32,000 nucleotides of DNA from Psychrobacter cryohalolentis K5. GTDB lineage: Bacteria; Pseudomonadota; Gammaproteobacteria; Pseudomonadales; Moraxellaceae. The position numbers and the translations under genes were made by a program. Shown one piece after another: positions 8,481 to 18,400 of the stretch. How positions within the stretch are numbered: the stretch's first letter is position 1; each line of letters opens with the position of its first letter. The stretch lies in the NCBI RefSeq assembly GCF_000013905.1, contig NC_007969.1:1650001-1682000 (forward strand), given 5' to 3'. The notes beneath the pieces are model-generated. The model saw only the letters and a list, made by a program, of their open reading frames with translations, made no database searches and was not told the origin of the DNA.

Positions 8481-8501
8481 AAGTGGTCTATTAATAGGTT
8501 T
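8481..8501. repeat. Right copy of the 21-bp inverted repeat (AAGTGGTCTATTAATAGGTTT)
   Basis: Matches 5851-5871 in inverted orientation at 19/21 positions. It lies 152 bp upstream of the intact recombinase start (8328, minus strand) and 431 bp upstream of the lipoprotein gene. It contains the 10-bp palindrome CTATTAATAG. Confidence 0.75.
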
Positions 8502-8932
8502 GAAGGGTGAAATATTTGGTTTTCTTGAGGTATACTTCTAATAATGAATATACAGATATTGATATTGATGACTATAAAGAGCAAGACATATAAGTTGAGA
8601 TAGAAAATATTGATCAGTACACGCTTCCTTATAAGTCTTACACTACTTTATACCAGTTTAGGATTTATCTATTGTCAAACTAAGAATTCTGTAAAACGGC
8701 ACAAATGAGAGGTCTAACGAACAGCATCAGCAATATTTAGCGCTGAAACGGCAAGAATCTAAAGTAGATGTAAGTGATGAACGTCCAAAACGCTGAGGTG
8801 GTTTGACTTCTTATTAGTATAAAGAATTAAAAATTAAGCGTAATATAGTTTGTGTCTAAATAATAAACAATAGGATGTAATGCAGAGATAAATCAGGTAA
8901 GAAGCACTATACAATATATGGGAGATAACTAG

Positions 8933-9907
8933 ATGAAAATATTAATAGTCATTGCTACTTTGTGTATAACTTCCTGTGCGAGCATAACCTCTTTTGAAAA
9001 TAAAAATTCGAGTCATGTTCACGGCTTGTCTTATTACATGCCTAAAAAAGATATTGTAGTTAAAGTTACTATAGAAGCTAGTAATATAACTAAGGTTGCG
9101 CTTGAAACGACACCATCATATCCTGATTTATCAAAAAGATATGTGCTAAACCACAATAAAAATATAATGGGTAAAAACCTTTCAGATATATCGATAACTG
9201 AAAGCGGATTATTAACCACTGTCACATCAAAGACTACTAGTAACGTTACAGATATATTCAGTAATCTAGCAACTAGTTATGGTAATTTTACCAAACCGCC
9301 TTTAGGGTCTGGTTTGTTTCCGCCGATCGGCTGTAATACTGATACAGAACATGTTTTTATATATAAATCGGAAGGTGAATATAACCCATGTGGTCTTTCA
9401 GTAACTATTAAAAAAGAAGGGCCGGAGAATAAAGGGGTAGAAAATACCGAGGAGGTGGAAGTATCTAGTTCTGGCATATTTTATCGACAAGACGAACCTT
9501 ATAGAGTAACGATAAATAGTGGTAGTACGATTGGGGATCTAAATTTTTCATCGATAGTATTTTCACCATCGTATTCCACAACATCATTTCTTCCAATATC
9601 TAAATCATTTTTTGCCAATAATAGCGCAGAATTTACTTTTGAAAAGGGTATTCCAACAAAATATAAGCAAGATGTAGATGGTGAAGCTTTAGCAGTAGCA
9701 AAAATTCCGTCTGCAATTATAACATCAGTATTTACTGCAGTTGGTTCAGTATATAGCAGATCTTCAACTACCAATCAGAACGAAATTTCCGCCTTAGAAC
9801 AGACGATTAAATTAGAACTCGTAAAACAGAAATATGCTGCTTGCTTAGAAGCAATTAAGAGTAAAGATACTAAGTTAGTGAGTGATTTAGGCTGTAATAG
9901 CAATTAA
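8933..9907 (+). CDS. Orphan lipoprotein, function unknown
   Basis: Signal peptide MKILIVIATLCITSC with a lipobox-like I-T-S-C, GGGAGA RBS upstream, Ser/Thr/Asn-rich mature part, AT-rich. I recognise no family. Confidence 0.7.
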   Translation: MKILIVIATLCITSCASITSFENKNSSHVHGLSYYMPKKDIVVKVTIEASNITKVALETTPSYPDLSKRYVLNHNKNIMGKNLSDISITESGLLTTVTSKTTSNVTDIFSNLATSYGNFTKPPLGSGLFPPIGCNTDTEHVFIYKSEGEYNPCGLSVTIKKEGPENKGVENTEEVEVSSSGIFYRQDEPYRVTINSGSTIGDLNFSSIVFSPSYSTTSFLPISKSFFANNSAEFTFEKGIPTKYKQDVDGEALAVAKIPSAIITSVFTAVGSVYSRSSTTNQNEISALEQTIKLELVKQKYAACLEAIKSKDTKLVSDLGCNSN

Positions 9908-10015
9908 AAATATACATATTTGGTTTAATATTATTAGTAATATGTTCTTCAAAATACGGAATATATTTCCACGAATAAATCTAGTACTCAAGATATGAAC
10001 CGCCCTGATTATATT

Positions 10016-10055
10016 AGAGGCTGATTGACGTGTGTCAAACAGCCTCTTTGCTTTA
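10016..10055 (+). terminator. Rho-independent terminator after the lipoprotein gene
   Basis: AGAGGCTGATTGAC-GTGT-GTCAAACAGCCTCT (10016-10047) forms a 14-bp stem with one mismatch, followed by TTGCTTTAT. Confidence 0.7.
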
Positions 10056-10063
10056 TAGATTAC

Positions 10064-11256
10064 TCAAAATTTCCCACCCACGCCTTTAAACTTCTCAACG
10101 AAAGCCGCAATTTTCTGCAAAACACTTTGCTTCTTGGTTAAGTACTGCGGATTCAGTGGACTCAGTTTGGGCAAAATAGCATTTAACTCTGTGCCGTTCT
10201 CACTGGCGTACTCACGCTTTAAAGAAGCGGTGATATAACGCTTAGCAGCATCTTCATTCAGGTTTTCAGCGGCAATCATGTCTTTCACTTCACGTTGCTG
10301 CTCTACCTGAGCATAGCTAAAGAAAGCATCGATAATGCTGGATTTATCAGGGATGCTATCTAAGTTGGTTTGATTGATGAAATCGACTACTAGGCTCTCT
10401 TTGGCACGGTTGCCAAGGCTTGCCCGAATCAAAGGACGTACTTCCTCAACTAGGGCAGACTTGTCCTTGGTGTTTTTATTATGCTCAAAAATTAATCCGA
10501 GTATGTAATCAAGATTAATTTCCTGTGATTTGAGCAGATCTATCTCGAAAACCACGTCGTCCCAATCAATCGAAGACTCTCCTTGCTGGTCAGCTGCTTT
10601 TTCACGACGTAACCAATCACGTAATCGTTATAGGTAGAACGGTAATCTTGTACGGTACGTTCAGCAGGCACTCTAATAGCTTGCATAGCGGCTAAGTCAT
10701 CATCGTTTAGGTAATGCTCATCTTTAAACGTCTCAACAGCGTCAGCATCGGTCACATCCAAGTCTTGCAGTGCTTTTAGGCTTGCAAACTCATCATAGTT
10801 TTGTAATATATTCTCGACACGTAAATACTCCCCGAATAACTTAGCAAAGTCCTTCTTATCAGACTCTTTCACAATCTCATCAGGGTTAGGGAAGCGTTGT
10901 TGCAGCTCTTTGACCACTTCCAAATAACCGCGTCGTGCTTTGCCTGTGGCGATATCAGTAAAACCTTCTAAGTATTCTTTATAGCTCTTCTCTAGCACCA
11001 CGTTTTTAGTGTTTCTATCACCAAACAAGGTGATGGCGTCAATGGTCGCTTTTTCTAAGTCTCGAAAGGTCACAATGTGGCCAAATGTCTTGGTAGCATC
11101 AAAACCCGTCAAGAACATGCCAACGACAACCAGTAAGTCCACTTCTTGATTAATGACGCGCCCTGCAAGGTCGCGGTAGTAATTTTGGAAGGATTTGCTG
11201 TCTACGCCATAGTTGGTTTTAAACATTGCGTTATAGTCCAATAATAGACTTTTCAT
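10064..11256 (-). pseudogene. hsdR: Decayed type I restriction enzyme R subunit (C-terminal ~400 codons only; frameshift and internal deletion)
   Basis: ORFs 10540-11256 and 10064-10555 are two pieces of one gene. The helicase block [14 protein letters not shown] is joined directly to [11 protein letters not shown], so the segment that normally holds helicase motif VI is missing. A frame change near 10620 restores ...[45 protein letters not shown]. The nuclease and most of the helicase N-terminus are absent. Confidence 0.8.
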
Positions 11257-11545
11257 AGCAAGTTAATCACTTTTCTGCAAAAAAGTATCTTTACATCAGT
11301 TTGCATATCTCGATGAGTATAATCAAAACTGTCTAAGTCAAAGATGGAATGACGCTTTGTATATCATAGAGTTCAAGCATTCTTATGATAGTATAATACC
11401 AAACAAAATTAATGATGCTGTTTTCAACATTATAAAGTGATGGCTACATCGTAAAGGTAGTCGGAATCATATCTGTATTGCATATGAAAATTAAACACAA
11501 TTCATCATACAAATTAAAAGTATCACAAATAGAGATTAAAGAAAC

Positions 11546-13135
11546 ATGGCTAAAACACCTGCGAACAAAAAAGATAAAACAGACAATGGCAATTTTGAAG
11601 AAGCCCTTTGGGATGCTGCCAACAAGCTACGAGGTAGCGTCGAATCATCAGAATATAAGCACATCGTCCTTAGCCTAATTTTCTTAAAATTCATCAGTGA
11701 TACTTTCGAGCAGCAGCGCCAAAAACTGATCGATACAGGCTATGAAAAGCATATCAACATGGTGCAAGCTTATACCAAAGATAACGTGTTCTACTTGCCA
11801 GAGGAGAGCCGTTGGAGTTTTATCCAGCAGAATGCTAAGCAAGAAGACATCGCGCTTAAAATCGACACGGCGCTCAGTACCATCGAAAAGACCAACCAAT
11901 CATTGAAAGGCGCATTGCCTGACAACTACTTCTCACGTCTAGGCTTAACGGCCAGTAAGCTTGCCGCCTTGATTGATGTGGTCAATAACATCGACACTAT
12001 CGGTAATCCAGAAGAAGACACGGTAGGGCGCGTGTACGAGTATTTCTTGGGTAAGTTTGCTGCAACTGAAGGTAAAGGCGGTGGTGAGTTCTATACGCCT
12101 AAGTCTGTGGTCAATCTGATTGCAGAAATGGTTGAGCCATATCAAGGCAAAATCTACGATCCGTGCTGCGGCTCGGGCGGTATGTTCGTCCAGTCCATCA
12201 AATTCATCGAGAGTCACCACGGCAATACCAAAGATGTGTCTATCTATGGGCAAGAGTACACCAGCACGACCTACAAGCTCGCTAAGATGAACCTTGCCAT
12301 TCGTGGTATCTCTAGCAACTTGGGTGATGTGGCTGCCGATACTTTCTTTAAAGATCAGCACGAAGACCTAAAAGCCGATTTCATCATGGCAAACCCACCT
12401 TTTAACCAAAAGGATTGGCGCGCCTCTGATGAGCTGGTCGATGACCCACGCTGGGCAGGGTATCCGACACCGCCTACGGGCAATGCCAACTATGCATGGA
12501 TATTGCACATGATATCCAAGCTCTCTGAGCATGGAACTGCTGGTTTTGTACTTGCCAATGGTTCGATGTCTACCACCACCAGTGGTGAGGGTGAGATACG
12601 CGAGCAAATCATCAAAAACGATCTGGTCGATTGTATGATTGCGCTACCGGGTCAGCTGTTTTATACCACGCAGATTCCGGTGTGTTTATGGTTTATCAGT
12701 AAAGACAAACAAGCTACGTCAGCTGATAGTAAGGCAAAGGGGTTGCGTAACCGTAGCGGTGAGACGCTGTTCATTGATGCCCGTAATATCGGTGCGATGA
12801 TTGACCGTACGCATAAAGAGTTTTCTACTGATGATATCGAAGCGATTGCCAAGACTTATCATGCATGGCGCGGTGAGAAAGAAGCGGGCGGCTATGAAGC
12901 CTACGCAGATGAAGCAGGCTATTGTAAATCCGCCAGTCTAGACGATATCAAAGCCAATGACTATGTGCTGACGCCTGGGCGTTATGTTGGGGCGGCAGCT
13001 ATCGAAGATGATGGCATTCCGTTTGAGACTAAGATGCTGGAGCTAAGCCAAACGCTATATGCACAGATGCAAGAGTCCGAAAAGCTAGATGCGACCATTC
13101 GTCAGAACTTGGAGGTATTGGGTTATGGCGAGTGA
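11546..13135 (+). CDS. hsdM: Type I restriction-modification system methyltransferase subunit HsdM (N6-adenine)
   Basis: HsdM-type N-terminal helical domain (EEALWDAANKLRGSVESSEYKHIVLSLIFLKFISD), AdoMet motif DPCCGSGGMF and catalytic NPPF (IMANPPFNQKDW). Confidence 0.95.
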   Translation: MAKTPANKKDKTDNGNFEEALWDAANKLRGSVESSEYKHIVLSLIFLKFISDTFEQQRQKLIDTGYEKHINMVQAYTKDNVFYLPEESRWSFIQQNAKQEDIALKIDTALSTIEKTNQSLKGALPDNYFSRLGLTASKLAALIDVVNNIDTIGNPEEDTVGRVYEYFLGKFAATEGKGGGEFYTPKSVVNLIAEMVEPYQGKIYDPCCGSGGMFVQSIKFIESHHGNTKDVSIYGQEYTSTTYKLAKMNLAIRGISSNLGDVAADTFFKDQHEDLKADFIMANPPFNQKDWRASDELVDDPRWAGYPTPPTGNANYAWILHMISKLSEHGTAGFVLANGSMSTTTSGEGEIREQIIKNDLVDCMIALPGQLFYTTQIPVCLWFISKDKQATSADSKAKGLRNRSGETLFIDARNIGAMIDRTHKEFSTDDIEAIAKTYHAWRGEKEAGGYEAYADEAGYCKSASLDDIKANDYVLTPGRYVGAAAIEDDGIPFETKMLELSQTLYAQMQESEKLDATIRQNLEVLGYGE

Positions 13136-14486
13136 TTGGGTAAAAACAACTCTTGGAGAAATAGTAAAGCTGGGCAATGGAATAATTCAGACAGGACCAT
13201 TTGGTAGCCAATTGCATGCCTCTGATTATGTTGATGAGGGGATTCCAGTAATTATGCCTCTTAATATTATCAATAATAAAATAGATTTATCTGGTATAGC
13301 TAGAATAACTAAAGAAGATGCAGAAAGACTATCAAAGCATTTAGTGAAAAAGAACGATATCGTATACAGTCGCCGAGGTGACGTAACTAGAAAAGCGTTG
13401 ATTACTGAACTTGAAGAAGGGATGTTTTGTGGTACTGGATGCTTACTTGTAAGACCTGGTAATAGCATAGATGCTCGTTTCTTGACCTATCACTTAAGTT
13501 CGCCTATAAATCAAGAATGGATAATCAGACACGCTGTTGGCGCTACTATGCCTAATCTTAATACAGGAATACTCAAGCGCGTTCCTTTGAACATACCAAG
13601 TTTGGATACTCAAAAAGCAATTGCCCATATTCTTGGTTCTTTAGACGACAAAATCGAGCTAAACCGCCAAATGAATGAAACGCTAGAAGCGATGGCACAG
13701 GCATTGTTTAAAAGTTGGTTTGTTGATTTTGATCCGTTGATTGATAATGCGCTGGCGGCTGGTAATGCTATTCCTGATGAATTTATCGAACGTGCTGAAC
13801 AGCGTAAGAAGATTGAGAAAAAAGACAATTCAGATATTCAGGACTTATTCCCTGATGCGTTTGAGTTTGCGGAAGAAATGGGTTGGATTCCGAAGGGGTG
13901 GGAAAATGGAATACTTGCTGATATTTGCTCGTACGGAAAAGGCAAAATAAATACATCAGAACTCACTTTAGAAAACTATGTTTCTACTGAAAATATGAAT
14001 AAAGAGAAGTCAGGAATTTCTCATGCAGCGAATATCGCGAGTACCAATCAAGTTCCAAAGTTTTCTGTAGGACAAACCTTAATCTCTAATATACGTCCAT
14101 ATTTCAAAAAAATATGGCTTGCTAGTTTCAGCGGTGGTCGGTCAAATGATGTCTTGAGCTTTCAAGCTCATAACTCTGTAGCTAATGAATATTTATTTAA
14201 TCTTCTTTATCAGGATTCCTTTTTTGACTATATGACTGCAACATCAAAAGGAACCAAGATGCCACGCGGTGATAAAGCAGCCATTATGAGCTGGTCAGTA
14301 GCAATACCTTCATCAAGATTAATGGAAGAGTTTTCGGAATTAGCAAAACCAATGTATCTCGCAAATAATCTTCGTTCATTACAGACTATTGAATTAGCCA
14401 AACTCCGCGATACCCTCTTGTCTAAGTTAATGTCAGGGGAGTTGTGTATCCCAGATGCTGCCAGACTTGTGGATGAAATAATATAG
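13125..14486 (+). CDS. hsdS: Type I restriction-modification specificity subunit HsdS (two target recognition domains)
   Basis: ATG 13125 lies 9 nt after GGAGG (13111-13115) and overlaps the hsdM stop (13133-13135). Central conserved helix LDDKIELNRQMNETLEAMAQALFKSWFVDF and distal helix ELAKLRDTLLSKLMSGEL flank two variable TRDs. The track's upstream start at 13089 is unlikely. Confidence 0.92.
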   Translation: MASDWVKTTLGEIVKLGNGIIQTGPFGSQLHASDYVDEGIPVIMPLNIINNKIDLSGIARITKEDAERLSKHLVKKNDIVYSRRGDVTRKALITELEEGMFCGTGCLLVRPGNSIDARFLTYHLSSPINQEWIIRHAVGATMPNLNTGILKRVPLNIPSLDTQKAIAHILGSLDDKIELNRQMNETLEAMAQALFKSWFVDFDPLIDNALAAGNAIPDEFIERAEQRKKIEKKDNSDIQDLFPDAFEFAEEMGWIPKGWENGILADICSYGKGKINTSELTLENYVSTENMNKEKSGISHAANIASTNQVPKFSVGQTLISNIRPYFKKIWLASFSGGRSNDVLSFQAHNSVANEYLFNLLYQDSFFDYMTATSKGTKMPRGDKAAIMSWSVAIPSSRLMEEFSELAKPMYLANNLRSLQTIELAKLRDTLLSKLMSGELCIPDAARLVDEII

Positions 14487-14538
14487 CTTTTGACAGTAAA
14501 TATTTCTCTCAAAAATATAGTAATTAATGGAGTTTAGC

Positions 14539-15408
14539 ATGAAAAAGCTTTTACTTAGTTTGGCGCTCAGCCTAAGCGTTCTATCTGCGACTCCTGCAAT
14601 AGCTGCCGCTCCCGCTTTTTCTGTCAGCCAAATGGCTCAGGTAAAAATCAAAGACTTAAGCTTTAAAGAAGTCATGCGTCAGTTTTATAGTGGTCAGATG
14701 AGACCTACCTCCGTCAATGATGAATATATTGAATCGATGCCAAATATCGGTTTAGGTCAAGTTGACAGCAATGGAGCAAGAATAGTTGCTTTAATGCATC
14801 CTATGGGACTTTATGATAACGCAAAAGGTGAACCACGTTATTTAGTGACCATTGAAAAGGTTATCGTTTATGATGAATCATCTGAATACTGTGAATCTTG
14901 CGGCTCAAAGGCAGATTTATATAGTTTTAAAAGACTAAATAATGGACAGTTTCAATTGATAAGCAGAACACCGGAGAGCGTAGCTTTTTATGACAGATGG
15001 GGCACAATGAACCTTCAGGACAATGACATTCAAAAAACTATACAGCTGTTAGGGACAAACTTAGTAGGCAGTGTTTTTAAGAGCGGTTATATGACTCTTG
15101 GCGAAACGAACAGTTGGTGGACAGTACTACACCTGCCTGAGAATGATTTTATTAATGTTTATGCTTTGGGTGATGCTGGTTCAGATAATGACGGTCAAGA
15201 CGATGAAGATTCCCCTTTATATTATAATTATGAAGGGATCGTTAAAGTAATGCCTGAAAACGCTGCTTATTATCCCATTATATTGACTTATAAAGGCATA
15301 CCTCCTGATGATCCTGAGCGTCCTAACTTCGTTAATAAAAGCTTCGTTATGAAGTTCAATCCAGTAAAAAAAGTTTATGAGACGACATCCAGCTTTGCAG
15401 CTTTGTAG
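14539..15408 (+). CDS. Secreted (Sec signal peptide) protein of unknown function embedded between hsdS and hsdR
   Basis: ATG 14539 lies 6 nt after GGAG. MKKLLLSLALSLSVLSATPAIA/AAP is a textbook signal peptide with an AxA site. The mature part has CESC and an acidic GSDNDGQDDEDS stretch. Gaps of 52 nt and 71 nt to the neighbouring hsd genes show no hairpin. Confidence 0.75.
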   Translation: MKKLLLSLALSLSVLSATPAIAAAPAFSVSQMAQVKIKDLSFKEVMRQFYSGQMRPTSVNDEYIESMPNIGLGQVDSNGARIVALMHPMGLYDNAKGEPRYLVTIEKVIVYDESSEYCESCGSKADLYSFKRLNNGQFQLISRTPESVAFYDRWGTMNLQDNDIQKTIQLLGTNLVGSVFKSGYMTLGETNSWWTVLHLPENDFINVYALGDAGSDNDGQDDEDSPLYYNYEGIVKVMPENAAYYPIILTYKGIPPDDPERPNFVNKSFVMKFNPVKKVYETTSSFAAL

Positions 15409-15479
15409 GGTTCACATTGCCGTAAGCGATTACTAATGTTATTGAAAGATGCTCTATTTATCTAAAAAAGGACTTATAG

Positions 15480-18400
15480 TTGAAATTCACCGAAGACAGG
15501 CTTGAACAAGCCATTATCGAGCTACTATCTGCTGAGGGCTATCCACATACGCTAGGTGAAGCACTCGACCGTAATCTTGACGATGTGCTGATTAAGTCTG
15601 ATCTTCGACAGTTTCTAGCGACCCGTTATAAAGATGACTTGATTACAGAGTATGAGATTGATTCTATCATTCATAAGCTTGAATACCTTCCTGCCTCCGA
15701 CCTTTACGATACCAACAAAGCCATTATGAAGTTTGTCGCTGATGGGTTTTTCTTGAAGCGTGAGGACTATACCCAAAAAGACTTATACATCCAGCTCATT
15801 GATTATGAAGCACTCGATAACAATCGCTACCGCATCGTCAATCAAATGGAGATACAAGGCTTTGAGTGGCGTATTCCTGATGGCATTCTTTATATCAATG
15901 GCCTACCACTGGTGGTGTTTGAGTTTAAGAGCAGCATCCGCGAAGATGCCACTATGTTTGATGCCTATACCCAGCTGACCACTCGCTATAAGCGCGATAT
16001 TCCAGAGCTGTTTAAATACAATGCCCTATGTATCATTAGCGATGGGGTCAACTCAAAGATGGGATCGTTCTTTGCGCCTTATGAGTTCTACTACTCTTGG
16101 CGCAAAGTGACAGGCGATGAGAAGTTAGAGAAAGACGGTATCCATTCCTTACTGACCATGATGAGCGGCTTATTTGATAAAGCTCGTTTGCTTGATGTTA
16201 TTCGCAATTTTATTTATGTACCTGATAAATCAAGCAAGGAAGAAAAAATCGTTTGTCGTTATCCGCAGTATTATGCTGCCACCAAGCTATACGACAATAT
16301 TAAGCAGCACATGAAGCAGCTCGATAGTCATGGCAACTTAATTGACGATAATGGCTTACGTGACGGTAAAGGTGGTACGTACTTTGGCGCCACTGGCTGT
16401 GGTAAGAGTTTTACCATGCTGTTTCTAGCACGTCTGCTGATGCGCGACGTTGAGCTTGGCAGTCCAACCATTATCTTAATCACTGATCGCACCGATTTAG
16501 ACGGTCAGCTGTCTGAAACCTTTACCAATGCTAAGACCTATATCGGCGATGACAATATCATCAGTGTCGAAAGTAGAGCGCATCTGCGCGAACAGTTAAA
16601 AGGTCGCAGAAGTGGCGGTGTGTTCTTGACCACCATTCATAAGTTTACCGAAGACTTAGCCCTACTGACCGAGCGTACCAACGTCATCTGTATCTCAGAT
16701 GAAGCGCACCGTAGCCAAATCAATCTACAGCAAAAAATTACCGTCACCGAAGACGGTGTCAAAAAGAGCTACGGCTTCGCTAAGTACCTACATGATTCAT
16801 TACCCAATGCTACTTACGTCGGCTTCACAGGTACACCAATTGATGCCACCCTTGATGTCTTCGGTCCAGTCATTGATAGCTATACCATGGTTGAGTCGGT
16901 ATTCGATGAAATCACGGTACGTATCGTCTATGAAGGCCGTGCTGCCAAAGTACTACTCGATAGTAAGCAGCTTGATGAAGTAGAGAAATACTATCAAGAA
17001 AGTGCTGACGCTGGCACCAATGAGTATCAGATAGAGAAAAGCAAAAAAGCCATGGCGAGTATGTCCACCATTCTTGGTGACCCTGATCGCATAAGAGCCA
17101 TTGCTGAAGACTTTGTTCAGCATTATGAGGCGCGAGTAGAAGAGGGTACGACGCAAAAAGGCAAGGCAATGTTTGTCTGTAGCAGCCGTGAAGCTGCCTA
17201 TCAGCTCTATAAAGACATCATAGCGCTGCGTCCTGAATGGAATGAAGTGCGAGCATGCGAGGAAGGCTCAACCTTGTCAGAGAGCGACAAGAAAAATGTC
17301 ATGCCCATGGAGCGCGTCAAGATGATCATAACTCGTAACAAAGATGATGAAAAAGGCATGTGGGACAATCTGGGTAACAAAGACTACCGCAAAGAGCTAG
17401 ATCGTCAGTTTAAAAATAGCAAGTCTAACTTTAAGATCGCCATCGTCGTTGATATGTGGCTCACAGGCTTTGATGTACCGTTTCTAGATACCATCTATAT
17501 AGATAAACCCCTACAAAAGCATAGCCTGATTCAGACCATCTCACGGGTCAATCGTAAGTTTGAAGGCAAAGAAAGCGGCTTGGTGGTTGATTATATCGGC
17601 ATCAAAAAGCAGATGAATCTGGCGCTCTCGTATTACACAGGCGGTCAGGTTCAAAACCTAGACGATATTCAAAAGTCAGTCGTGGTGGTCAAAGACCATT
17701 TGGATCTACTAGATACCGTCTATCATAAGTTTGACTCTAGTCTTTACTTTAACGGCACGCCATTAAAGCAGCTCAATTGCTTGAATGCAGCGGCTGACTT
17801 TGCGTTGCAATCTAAGAAGCTAGAAAAGCGTTTTATGGATTTGGCCAAGCGTTTGAAGTCTGCTTATGATATTTGCGTGGGCAGTGAAGCGCTCACCAAG
17901 ACTTATAAAGACAAGATTCATTACTACCTAGCCATTCGTACCATCATCTTTAAAATCACTACTGGCGGCGCACCTGACGTCGAGCAGATGAACCAAAAGG
18001 TACGTGACCTAGTGAAAGACGCACTGATGAGTGATGGCGTTGAAGAGATCTTTAAGCTGGGTGATAACACCGACGGTGAGATCGATATCTTCGATGAAGA
18101 CTACCTGGCCAAGCTTGAAGTGATTAAACAGCCGAATACCAAGCTAGAGCTACTACAACAACTACTGGCTAAAGCCATTGGTGAGCTGAAAAAGACCAAC
18201 AAGGTAAAGGGTGTTGATTTCAGTAAGAAAATGAATGCGCTCGTTGAGAAGTATAACGACCGTGACGAGCAAGACATACTACGCGCTGAAGTCATTGGTG
18301 ATTTCTCTGATGAGATCATCAAGCTATATAACGAGCTACGGGTTGAGATGGCATCGTTTGGTGAAATGGGTATCGACTTTGAAGAAAAAGCGTTTTACGA

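Noticed and set aside
10034-10044. The 11-mer GTCAAACAGCC is the reverse complement of GGCTGTTTGAC at 28639-28649.
   Set aside because: Hundreds of 11-mer inverted matches are expected in 32 kb. One copy is simply part of a terminator stem.
11478-11678. A 66-aa ORF overlapping the hsdM start in another frame.
   Set aside because: The hsdM frame from ATG 11546 gives a canonical HsdM N-terminus. The 66-aa product has no recognisable features.
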